NCBI RefSeq assembly: GCF_000143415.4
Contig: NW_003314295.1
Span: forward strand, 995,038-1,059,037
Origin: Selaginella moellendorffii
Taxonomy: Eukaryota > Plantae > Lycopodiophyta
Length of the DNA: 64,000 bases
Reading direction: 5' to 3'
The stretch's first letter is position 1. Each line of letters opens with the position of its first letter. Both the position numbers and the translations under genes were made by a program. This document shows, in pieces, positions 33,628 through 44,291 of this stretch. The notes under the pieces were generated by a model. It ran no database searches. It was not told the origin of the DNA and saw only the letters and a list, made by a program, of their open reading frames with translations.

Positions 33628-34530
33628 ATGCAAACGTTGGCTGGCCCCCAAAATCTGAGCTCCTATTGGCCTCTCCATCTCCTTATCTTTTCCTGTGAAC
33701 TCCGCCAAGTTAGTACCAGTAGCAGCAAAGTTGCGGGCTTACCATTCTCAAGGTTTGGAGCTCAGGAGCTCCCCCTTTCTCCTCAAGAGATGTCGACCAG
33801 TATCTCCTCCAGCCAGTGTCATTCAATGCTGGATCCCAGGCAGAGGTACGCAGTCGACTTCTATGGTGGCTCCTCCAGATTTGCTCGCAGTAGCCACAGC
33901 AGCCGGGTGTGTAGCTATAACCGGCCTTGTTATTCCTCCATAGCTTCATCCTCCACCCGGCTTGCAGCCGCTTCGTCCTTGCGAGCAACAGCGGTCGACC
34001 AGGAAGAGCTCTCGCTGGATTCGTCCGGTGTCTCGTACCAAGTGCTGAAACAAAGATTGGAAGCCGGTGAGTGGGAAGCAGCAGACGAGGAAACTCGACG
34101 ACTTCTCTACGTTTTAGCCGGTGAAGCTGCCGCCAAGCGGAAGTGGGTCTACTTTTCCGAAGCACAGTTCATCCCGGCCAGGGACCTTCAAACGCTCGAC
34201 AGTCTCTGGAGGCAGTACAGTGGCAACAAGTTTGGATACAGCGTCCAGCGGCGGATCTGGAAGAGCGTCGCGTCGAACTGGAGCTTGTTCTTCCGGAAAG
34301 TCGGGTGGACGAGGCCGCTGGACGAGAAGAACGACGCTTACAGGAAGTTCCCTGTCGAGTTCATGTGGGACGTTGCAAAGCCGACTCCGGATGGTCACTT
34401 GCCCCTGACGAACTGCTTGCGGGGAACGCAGCTACTTCAGGCGATTCTCTTGCATCCTGCATTTGATGAGATCGAGAAGCAGGAAGGAATGACCAGCAAT
34501 CTCACCGGTTCTTCTTCCACTCTCTTGTGA
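33628..34530 (+). CDS. GUN4: Tetrapyrrole-binding protein GUN4 (start may be ATG 33790)
   Basis: L.AG.WE.AD.ETRRLL..LAGEAA.KR.WVYFSE..FIP..DL.TLD.LW..YS..KFGYSVQRRIW, P.GHLPLTN.LRGTQLL..IL.HPAF. Confidence 0.95.
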   Translation: MQTLAGPQNLSSYWPLHLLIFSCELRQVSTSSSKVAGLPFSRFGAQELPLSPQEMSTSISSSQCHSMLDPRQRYAVDFYGGSSRFARSSHSSRVCSYNRPCYSSIASSSTRLAAASSLRATAVDQEELSLDSSGVSYQVLKQRLEAGEWEAADEETRRLLYVLAGEAAAKRKWVYFSEAQFIPARDLQTLDSLWRQYSGNKFGYSVQRRIWKSVASNWSLFFRKVGWTRPLDEKNDAYRKFPVEFMWDVAKPTPDGHLPLTNCLRGTQLLQAILLHPAFDEIEKQEGMTSNLTGSSSTLL

Positions 34531-34694
34531 CCATTATCCTCTTCCGGCAAGCGTATGGCTGTCACGTAATCGCGATTGATTATTTATGCTGATAGAGTTT
34601 TACTTCCATCTTTGCACCGAAGCGAGCGAGCAAAAGACAAATAAAGACGCGACATAAACTTACAAATGTTTTTTAGACCAAAGCGTTGTTCTTA

Positions 34695-35505
34695 TCAAGG
34701 GTCGCTTCGTGAAGGCTTCAAGGACTTGGTAAACACCTGCGTAGAAGATAAGAACATTGACAAAGTCCCAAATTGTAGATATGGAAAATGGAAGTTTACC
34801 ATCGCTGGGCTCGGCTCCCAGTCATTTGTAGCTGGATTGCTTTTGTAGCAGGGTCTGGAGCGATTCACTACCACCCTTTGAGCGTCAAGAACTTCAGGAG
34901 ACGTGCCACCATTTTTCTCGATAGCAATGAAACCATTGCCAGTCTAGAGAGGAAAGAATCAGATGACAAACTCTTGGAAAAAACTTGGAAAACTTGGAAC
35001 GTACGGTGTAGTGTTGAGAATCGCAGCCAACAGAGTTGAGCCCCTTGTAGTACTCGTTCTCTGTATAATCGTCGCTGCTCACAACACCCATGCCATTCGG
35101 AAGACGCTGCACGAAACCACGAACAGCATCAAGACAAAGAGAAAAATCCACGGCCTCCCGAAAAATCATGGGAAGATTGCATTAGCTACTCCTAAGAAAT
35201 GCGAATCAAAGCTAGCAAACAAACAATCGCGCACAAACATTTTCAAAAACCCCAACCGGAAGGAATCGATCGAAATATCGCACCTCGGATGCGGCCAGTA
35301 GCTGCCGCAAGCGCTGCTCCTCGGGACTGATCACCGGCCCTCCATCGCAGCTCCAGGGCTGATCCGATCCTCCCTCGCTCCGAGCAGGCTTTGGCGCTCG
35401 CCTCGGCGCCGATGAATCGAAATGCTCGCGGACTAGCGCCGCCAGGCGCGATTGCTCCTCGGGCGACAAGAGATCATCGCTCCGGCTGGGCTTGCCAGAC
35501 TCCAT
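34695..35505 (-). CDS. MEE59: MEE59 (maternal effect embryo arrest 59)-like protein, 4 exons
   Basis: KPSRSD, HFDS.AP.R.PKP.RSE, E.EYY.GL.SV...QHYT|TG.GFI, YKSNPATNDW.P, KPSRSD repeated at the C-terminus. Confidence 0.8.
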
Positions 35506-35715
35506 CACTCGGCCCTCTCCAACCCTTTTAGAATAAGTATTTTCCATTCTTTTAGTACTACCTAGAAGGCTGGTTTTCCAATCGGACTACAGTACCTCTG
35601 TAAGAACAGACTATTACATTACTATTACATTGGCAAGAAGAAATCTTACATTGGCTCAGCAGCTTTTTAGACAAGCTCTCAAAATCTGAGCGGCGCTCAC
35701 AGTGACCCTCGACTC

Positions 35716-38700
35716 TCACTTGTTCTTGAGATCCGTGAGTGCCTCTTTGGTTGCGGCGGATACTACCGCGTCGGAAGCGTTTGGAAGATAGTAGTACTTT
35801 CCTGAAAGAACAAGTTCCAAGCTTTCCTTGTTACGACTACATGGAACTCGAGATCTCTCACCTTGAGCAAGTCGCGCAATCTCCTTAGCAAACCCAGTGG
35901 AGATGAACTTGTTCTCTGTGTCGATCACCAGCAGTGACATCCCTGTTTTGTAAATTTTTCCCGCGATGTCTTTGATCTCATCCTGTGAAGAAGTAGCGTT
36001 AATGCTTGATGTAAGTTGGACTCAAGCTTATGTATGCTGTGTACCTTGAGTTCCTGCTGCGATGGCCTGGGAGCGTCTGGAGCAATAGCTTCCGGGTCTC
36101 CGGTAGACTTTTTCAGCGAGACATTTGCCCGGCCGTCAGTGATGGCAACGATCATTATCCGTCCAACGTCGCCACTCTTTTCAGCATTTAGTCCCACCCT
36201 CACAGCCTGCAATGCAAGGGAAGTCCAAGTTACCATGCTACAAACGCTACAAACTCTTAGTTACCGTGCTCAAACCATGAGCTAAAGGAGAACCACCACC
36301 GCAAGGCAACCTCTCTAGCCTCTTTCTTGCCATGGCAATCGAGCGCGATGGTGGAAGTAAGACTTCAGCGGCATCGCCTCGGAAAGGGATGATAGAAACC
36401 TGTTACAAATGCTTCCAGGGAAAATGAAGAAATCTCGATCTTGTAACTTAGTACCTGATCCCGGCTCGTATAGCTGTCAGCAAGTAATTGCATTGCCGCT
36501 CCTTTAGCATTGTTCATACGATTCAGCGCCATACTTCCACTTGCATCCACCACGAAAATCACCTGTAGAATAAAACTGAGCATCGAGTTGTTTGCTTTGC
36601 ATGGGACGTACCAAAGCACCAGCCTTGCGGGCCATTCGTTTTGCACGCATGTCTGACTGCTCTACGTAAACTTTCCTGGAGACACCCTGCTCGAGTGCTC
36701 TTTGCTTGCGTAGCTTTTGATATGGAGCAGCAGCTCTCAACGTTGCATCCACGGCCAGCCGCCTGACGGGACCCTGGACGAATGCGTCAAGCAAGTGCAA
36801 CAATGAAAATCCACGCCTACCTTAGGAAGCATTGGTTTGATATACCGGCCTCTATCCTCCGAGAAGATGACATTCTTTGCACGTCCGGCCTTTCCTTTTC
36901 GACGCTGGGCTTGCTGTGCAAAGAAAAGCAGCTGGGAGTCTACAAGCCCCCCTTCAGCATCGAAAATGAACTCTTCAGGAACTTGCTCCTGTTGTTGCTC
37001 ATCACTCTCGTCATCGTCCTCCTGTCATTTACTTTCAGAATAAAAGTCAGGAATCACTTGTTATTGTTGTGGTCTTACTTCTTCGTCGTCTTCCTCGTCT
37101 TTATCCTGATCTTCCTGTTGATTCTGTGGAGGCGGAGGAGGCGGTGGCGGAGGTGACTGATTGTTCGGCTGCTCTGGTGCGTCTTGCAATGTGGAGCGAG
37201 GAATGATCACAAGTTCGACCTGCAGTGTCAACATTGGTTATTTGACAATATCATGCTGCATATGAAACGTACAGCTTTTTTCAAGTCGTCGACGCCAACT
37301 TTGTCTCGGCCATCTAAGGCCGCCAATGCCTTGGCGACTCTGACAGCACCAATTTCCGCACGATGCCCCTGTGAACAGTTCAACTACTTTTCAATTGCAG
37401 GAAAAACAGGGACTACCTGACAGCCACCACGAATGGCTTCCATGACGAGATACTTCGTTTGCTCTCTACCTATTGTTACATCTTTGAGCCACTCCCTGGC
37501 ATATATTATCTGACAAAAACAAAAAATGAAATCAGGAACATTTCCGAGAGGTTTGGCGAACCTGTGTTCTTGCGGACTCAGTTGCTTCTGCGGAGTTTGA
37601 CATAACCAGTCTCGAACTCTCTTGAAACTGAGTTGCAATATCGACTGCTGAAACTCGGTCCTCAAACTCAAGTGCGGCATTAGCACTGCAGTAAAAACTA
37701 CTTTAGAAAGAAAGAAAACAGCAAACTCTATAGGTACCTGAGATTTATAGCAATACGATCTAGCAGATGCTCCCTAACAGCGCCTTCCTCCGGGTTGTAA
37801 GTTGCAATGAGGAGCGGCTTACAAGGGTGGCGAAAGCTCACACCCTCCCTCTCGACCACGTTGATCCCTTCAGTCAGCACGTTGAGCAGAAGATTGCTAA
37901 TGCCTTCGTCCAAAAGATTGATCTCGTCCACGTAAAGTACTCCACGATGAGCTTGAGCAAGCAGCCCCGGCTGAAAGACAGTGGTTCCCTGCTTGATCGA
38001 CTCCTCCACGTCCACCGAGCCCAGCAAACGATCCTCTGTAACACCGAGTGGCACCTGAAAGATCAAATAAGAGGAACTCCTCCAAAAACTCGCGAGTTAC
38101 CTGCACGAAAGGTGCTTTGACAACGTCGACCACGGGCTTGCCATCGCTTCCTAGAGCGATTTTCTCTTCCAGACCATCTTCCCATCTGCAACAACGAGAA
38201 AAACAAACAATGACAAGAAATTTTCTCGAGCTCGCAGAGCAAAAACTTACTCCTCGCTATGAGATGGATCGGCATTCGCGATGGAGCCAGCGACAATCTC
38301 TATAGGCGGAAGTAGTGCGTGTAGGCCGCGAGCTAAGACAGTCTTGGCAGTCCCGCGTCTACCAGCAACCGCAATTCCGCCAATGCCATTGTCCACAGCT
38401 CCCAGAAGCAATGCGGCCTTGATAGCTTCCTGCCAAGCATCCATCCGGACGACTTGAAAATCTACATCCTCGCGCAGGAAAGGAAGAAAGAAGGACCTAC
38501 TTGGCCGACGACCGCTGCCAGGGGAAAATACTGTCGCCCATAGCTCGGCGCCGCCTCTTCTTTGTCAAGAACGACATTGGCGGCTCCATTTCCTCCCGCT
38601 GCTGCTCGTACATGCCAGGACCGGGGCCGTGAATTTACCTCACTGCGCTGCATTCTTCCATTCCACTCGATCCTCGCGCAGGATCTTGCGTGCGCGGGCG

Positions 38701-38722
38701 CCATTGCCATGGCCAAGGCCAT
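35716..38722 (-). CDS. CHLD: Magnesium chelatase subunit D, multi-exon
   Basis: [47 protein letters not shown], Pro/acidic linker, v[38 protein letters not shown]. Confidence 0.97.
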
Positions 38723-38897
38723 CCTCTTTGAAATTTAAACCTAGTTTAAACCTTCACGTTACGATATAAAGATAGAATTTTGGTGGATTTTATAAATAGA
38801 GGCTTTTACTTGGAATAGTTGTCTAAGATTATAGTGATCTGAAGTATAAAAGGCAGGGCATTTGTTTTACGAATATTGGTGTTTGGAAGCAAGGGCG

Positions 38898-40158
38898 ATG
38901 GCAGCTTTTCTGATCATTTTCTTTGTGGCGTTTGCTGCGAGTTTGTTTGTGCCTTCTCAGCAAGCAAATTCTTCAGTTCAAGCTTCATCTGTTCCAGCGT
39001 TGTTTGCATTTGGAGACTCTCTAGTGGATTCTGGTGATAATGCTCATGTTGGGTATCCATATGGTATTGATTTTCCTGGAGGCCAAGCAAGCAGATTTTG
39101 TAATGGGCGTTTGTTAGTTGAATATATTGGTAAGTAATCATTAATTTCCTGTTATTTTTACATTGTTTCTTTTCTATTTTCTTTTTATCTAGCATCACAT
39201 CTGGGACTACCAATCCCACCTGCTTATCTTCAAGCTGGAAACAATATTCTTAAAGGAGCTAATTTTGGTTCTGCTGGATCTGGAATTCTTCCACAAACAG
39301 TAATGGTAAATGCTTTTTTTTAATAATATTTTATTAGTTTGTAATCTTAATCTGTTGGTAATTTTAAAGGGAGGAGGGCAAGCTCTTGGAAGTCAGATTA
39401 ATGACTTTAAAAGCTTGAAACAGAAAATGGTTCAAATGATTGGATCATCTAATGCAAGTGATGTAGTTGCAAAATCTATATTTTATATTTGCTCTGGAAA
39501 TAATGATATCAATAATATGTATCAACGAACAAAGAGAATTCTTCAATCAGATGAGCAAATAGTTATTAATACTTTTATGAATGAACTTCAGGTATATATT
39601 ATAGTTAATTCTTTTTCTAATTTTTCTTATTAATATTTTAATTGCAGACATTATATAATTTGGGTGCTAAAAAGTTTGTTATAGTTGGATTAAGTGCTGT
39701 TGGATGCATCCCATTAAATATAGTTGGAGGACAATGTGCATCTGTTGCTCAGCAAGGTGCACAAACATATAATAATTTGCTTCAATCAGCTCTTCAAAAC
39801 TTGAGAAATTCTTTACAAGATGCTCAATTTGTGATGACAAATTTTTATGGACTTATGGTGGATGTTCACAATAATCCACAATCTTATGGTAAAGTTTATT
39901 ATTTATTTATTATTATTTTTAATGCTTTTTCGATCAACAGGTTTAACTGATTCGAGCAGTGCTTGTTGCCCTCAAGGATCACATACCTTGAATTGCCGCC
40001 CTGGAGCAACAATTTGTCAAGATAGAACAAAATATGCTTTTTGGGATGGAATTCATCAAACTGATGCATTTAATAGTATGGCTGCACAGAGATGGTGGAC
40101 TGGAGCCACTTCTGGTGATGTTTCTCCCATTAGTATTAGCGAACTAGCATCATCGTGA
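38898..40158 (+). CDS. GDSL esterase/lipase, secreted, 5 exons
   Basis: Signal peptide, FAFGDSLVDSG.N, GANFGSAGSGIL, CSGNND, LYNLGAKKF, FWDGIH. Confidence 0.93.
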
Positions 40159-40293
40159 TGAGATCTTGATCACTTTATTATGTTCGTCAATTTATTTTTT
40201 AATAAACATTTGAATTTGGATTTGATTGATTGATTTCGAAAATTGAAAGACAATAGGATGGCAGAATGAATATATGAACATAGCCAGGATATA

Positions 40294-41650
40294 TTAAACT
40301 TCATAGCCAGGATTCACAACTTGTTGTACATCTCCGTAGGTTTCTAGCTCCAGCACATCTTCACTACTTCCTAGGAAAAGAGGCAATCGCTGGTGAAGTT
40401 CAACTGGCTGGATGTCTAAAATTCTTCTCTTTCCATCGCATGCTTTACCACCAGCATCTTCCACCAAAAAACCCAATGGATTCCCTTCATACACTAGTCT
40501 CAAATGGCTGCGAGGATTCATAGCAATACCACCGTAGAGAATTGTCCTATGGACGTCTGCTACCAGTGAGCATACATACCTTGCCGAGTACTTCTTTGGA
40601 AACTGGCCTTTGCCTCTTCTAATATCATCAATGTAGCGTCGGAGTCCTTGAGGCCAATCGAAATACCTTGCATCGTTCACGGAATAGATTTGTCCTGGGA
40701 GAGGATAACCTCAAAGTTAGCAAGCTTTTCTCCAAGAAACGAGGAAGAGAACTTCTAACGTACCTCTCTCGGGAACTTTAACGTCGGGCTTGACAAGCTT
40801 GAATTCTCCGCAAGATCTGTCCAGCATGAAGATCTGAGTTCCCTGGCCGACCGTCAAGCACAAAATGGTTGCCGACGAGTAGAGAGCGTATCCCGACGCT
40901 ACAAGCCTCGAGCCACACTGGAGGACGTTAAGCTGTGCCTTTTCTTCCACTGGCAACTTATCAGCCTCTTCCAGGCGCCTGTAGATCCCAAAGATGGTTC
41001 CAGTTGGAATGGAGGCATCGATGTTCCTGGAGCCGTCCAAAGGATCAAACACCGCCACGAACGGGCCATGGTCGTTGATCCACACCGGCAAATCCTCTTC
41101 CTCGGACGCCACCACTGCCACCTTTCGGGAGCTCTCGAGAGATTTCTTGAGGAGCTCGTTCTGGAACAAGGAGGTAAGTCCAATAAGAAGAAGAAAAACG
41201 ATAGAAACTTACCGAGATTATGTCGAGTGGCTTGGGAGCGTCTCTTCCGGACGAAGGAGCTACCGAGGGAGAAGAAGAGAAAGAAGTAGAATCACTGGAA
41301 AGAATGGCCTCTGGAGAAGCCAGGAGCGCGGCGATTTCCTTGACAGCCCCCTGGAGATGGAGTATCACAATGGCCAGATTCTCGTCCAGGCCGCTGCTCG
41401 ATCCCAGATACGCCATCAAGCTCTCCCCTGCCTGACACCGATTCTCGCCAAGAGCAGGAGCAGCGGATTCATCCACCCAGGAAGGGCTGCTCATTGTAGC
41501 AGCGATACTCACCATTCGCGGAGAAATTCCAGCTCCTCGCGATCCACAGAGAATGCGGCTCCTTCCGATCGTGGGCCTGGATTTCGCCGATCGATGCGTG
41601 CACGCGGCCGCAGGAGCGCCAAGAACGAGAGATTTAACGCAGCATTCCAT
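40294..41650 (-). CDS. Chloroplastic fructose-1,6-bisphosphatase, cpFBPase II type, 3 exons
   Basis: RDAPKPLDI, SEEED, DPLDGSRNIDASIPTGTIFG, YSARYVCSLVADVHRT, MNPRSHLRLVYE; transit peptide; lacks the Cys-containing redox insertion of cpFBPase I. Confidence 0.92.
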
Positions 41651-41713
41651 CCGGCATTCCCCTAATGCTCTGTTTTCTAGGGTTTAAGTAGAGCTTTAGG
41701 GTTCTTCATCGCA
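41651..41713. promoter_or_regulatory. 63-bp interval between divergent start codons with telo-box-like motifs
   Basis: TAGGGTTT (41678-41685) and TTAGGGTT (41696-41703) between the FBPase and GTF2H2 ATGs. Confidence 0.6.
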
Positions 41714-43392
41714 ATGGAGAAGCGATCGGGGCAGGGCGGGGCGGCATTCCAGGAAGATGAGGAGATGGAGGAAGAGGACAAGGCACCAGACATGGAGGCC
41801 TGGGAGCGTGCGTACGCGGACGATCGGTCGTGGGAGTCGCTGATCGAGGATGAGTCGGGGCTGCTCAAGGCCGGGGACGATGTCCAGCAGCAAAGGCAGC
41901 ACCGGCGGAGGCTGATTCAAGCGTCGGGGCCTCGGATCCAGCGCGGCATCATCAGATATCTCTGCCTCATCCTCGATTTCTCCCGGGTAAGCGCCAATGC
42001 TGATACTTTCTCGTTGAGTGTGATGGAGAGGAAAGAAATATAGGCAAAATGTGTGATGCTTGGGTCATAGAATGCATCGTAGTGTGAAGTTCATCTAGTT
42101 TTCATCGTTTCTTATGGTTTTCGTTGAGTTTCTTCTTCGTTTTCATTCGTGTTTCCAGGATTTTTCTTGCCTGTTCATTGGTTTTCATTGAGTTTCTTCT
42201 TCGTTTTCGTTCGTGTTCAAGCGCATCCAGGAGTTTTCTCGCTGTTCATTGTGGAAATCTTATAGTGACTTAAGTGGTGTTTACTTCCAGGCAGCGGGAG
42301 AGATCGACTTCCGGCCCTCGCGAATGGCAGTCGTCGCGAAAGCCGTCGAAGACTTCGTGCGGGAATACTTCGACCAAAATCCTCTCAGCCAGCTTGGGAT
42401 CATAGTGATGAAGAACGGCATCGCCAGCGTGGTCACGGAACTAAGTGGCAGTCCTGAGGCACACATCCGCGCCTTGAAGTCCAACCTTGAGTCCTTTGGA
42501 GAAGCATCGCTACAAAACGGGCTCGAGCTGGCGCACACATACGTCCAGCACATCCCGTCTTACGGACACAGGGAGGTGGTGATCGTTTTCTCGGCGCTGA
42601 GCACTTGCGACCCCGGCAACATCCTCGAGACTGTCAAGAAATGCAAGGCCGCCAGGATGAAATGCTCCGTCGTTGGCCTCACGGCAGAGATCTACATCTG
42701 CAAGCACATAAGTCAGGAAACCGGAGGATCATACGCAGTTGCTATGAACGAGGTTCGTGTTCTTGCCTCTTTGCCTCGTCCTTCTCTAGACTTACGCGTT
42801 CATTCCAGGGACATCTCAAAGAAATACTTCTGGAGCACGTCCCTCCTCCAGCGGCAATGCCAGACGCCTCGTCTGCGAGCCTGGTGCGCATGGGATTCCC
42901 TCAGCGGGGCTCCGAAGGAGCAGTAGCGATCTGTGCGTGCCACAAGGAGCTGAAGATCGGGGGTGGCTACATCTGTCCTCGCTGCCGGGCTCGGGTGTGC
43001 GAGCTCCCGACCGAGTGTAGCCTGTGTGGCCTGGCGCTGGTTTCCTCGGCTCACTTGGCACGCTCGTACCACCATCTCTTTCCCATTCCCACTTTCGACG
43101 AGCTCCTGGTGGACGCATCGCTCAGAGGCAAGTCGAGCTTTGCGGGGTCTTGCTTTGGATGTAGAATCCAGCTCTCTGGTAAGCTTTCCTTGTTCTTCGT
43201 TTTGCAAGCTTTCTTTCTTTCTTTTCTATGGAGGAGTGAGCTAAAAGTTTTGACAATGCAGGGAGTGGAAGCTTGAGACTGCGGTGCCCTCGCTGCAAGA
43301 GGGATTTTTGCTTCGACTGCGATGTTTACATTCACGAATCGCTACACAATTGCCCGGGGTGCGAGACGCTGCAAGAAGAGGCCGTCACGTAG
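41714..43392 (+). CDS. GTF2H2: General transcription factor IIH subunit 2 (p44/Ssl1), 4 exons
   Basis: [79 protein letters not shown]-terminal FC.DCD..IHE.LHNCPGC. Confidence 0.96.
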
Positions 43393-43560
43393 CCAGTGGA
43401 GAGCAAAAGGAGGTGAGCTTCGTCACCTTTTGCAAAATTTTGTAGGTGTAAAGGACTCTTGGGGGAAATGGTCGCCATCTTTCTTTATATATTACATTGT
43501 CAATTCTTGTCTTTGATCAATCTAGCAAACCTATGATCATGGCTTTCACAATCTAATATA

Positions 43561-44178
43561 TCAAAACCCTTGTTCTCGCTTCCTTTTCATGAGCATGGCT
43601 TTTATCTCCCTGTGCTTTCGCAGCTTCCCTCCCTCCGTGAAGCGATTCTTACAGTCGTAGCAGCGGTACCTCTTTTGTTTCACATTGTTGTTGTTATACC
43701 CTTCGCACTTGGTGTTGAAAGACTCGCAGAAAACGCATCGAACTGGCTGCTCTTCACTGGGCTTCATGGCAGTGGTGGTGGTGATTGGAGAACAAACCCT
43801 AACACCCCTTGGAGGAGAGGGACGAGGAGCGCTCGCCGAGGATCTAGCCCGAGTTGTAACAGTCAGAGGTGGATTGGAAACCCTGGCTTGGGTCGCGGGA
43901 ACTTGAGAAGCTGGAGCTACCGGATGATCCGGGGCGAGGGCGAGCCTCCTCGTGAACCCACGGAGATCGACGCCATAAGCTGACGTGAAAGGATCCATGG
44001 CCGCCGACGCCTCCTCCGCCACTTTGTTTTGGAGCTGCTGGACGTAGAACTCCCTGGCCGCCATCTTTTGCTGGTAGAGCGCGAGGCCCTCCTCCTCGTC
44101 CGTGGCGTAGTAGAACGTCCGGGGCTCCCACGAATCAATCGCGCGGTAGTGGTCAAGCATGTAGTAGTCCATCGCCAT
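43561..44178 (-). CDS. Divergent Dof-like zinc-finger protein (~205 aa), domain at C-terminus
   Basis: CVFCESFNTKCEGYNNNNVKQKRYRCYDCKNRFTEGGKLR aligns with the Dof consensus CPRC.S.NTKFCYYNNY...QPR.FC..C.RYWT.GG.LR (C-x2-C-x21-C-x2-C). Confidence 0.75.
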   Translation of the reverse strand: MAMDYYMLDHYRAIDSWEPRTFYYATDEEEGLALYQQKMAAREFYVQQLQNKVAEEASAAMDPFTSAYGVDLRGFTRRLALAPDHPVAPASQVPATQARVSNPPLTVTTRARSSASAPRPSPPRGVRVCSPITTTTAMKPSEEQPVRCVFCESFNTKCEGYNNNNVKQKRYRCYDCKNRFTEGGKLRKHREIKAMLMKRKREQGF

Positions 44179-44291
44179 CAGATACCCTAAAGGCTGTGAG
44201 ATAGCGTATTTATAAGGTTTGGGATGATCTTTGGACAACTCTTAGGGCTAGCTATAAATGTGGCCGCCACCTTTTTTGGATCACCATTTGC

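Noticed and set aside
42115-42255. ~65-bp tandem duplication in GTF2H2 intron 1 as an ncRNA
   Set aside because: Simple pyrimidine-rich duplication; no snoRNA boxes or hairpin evident.
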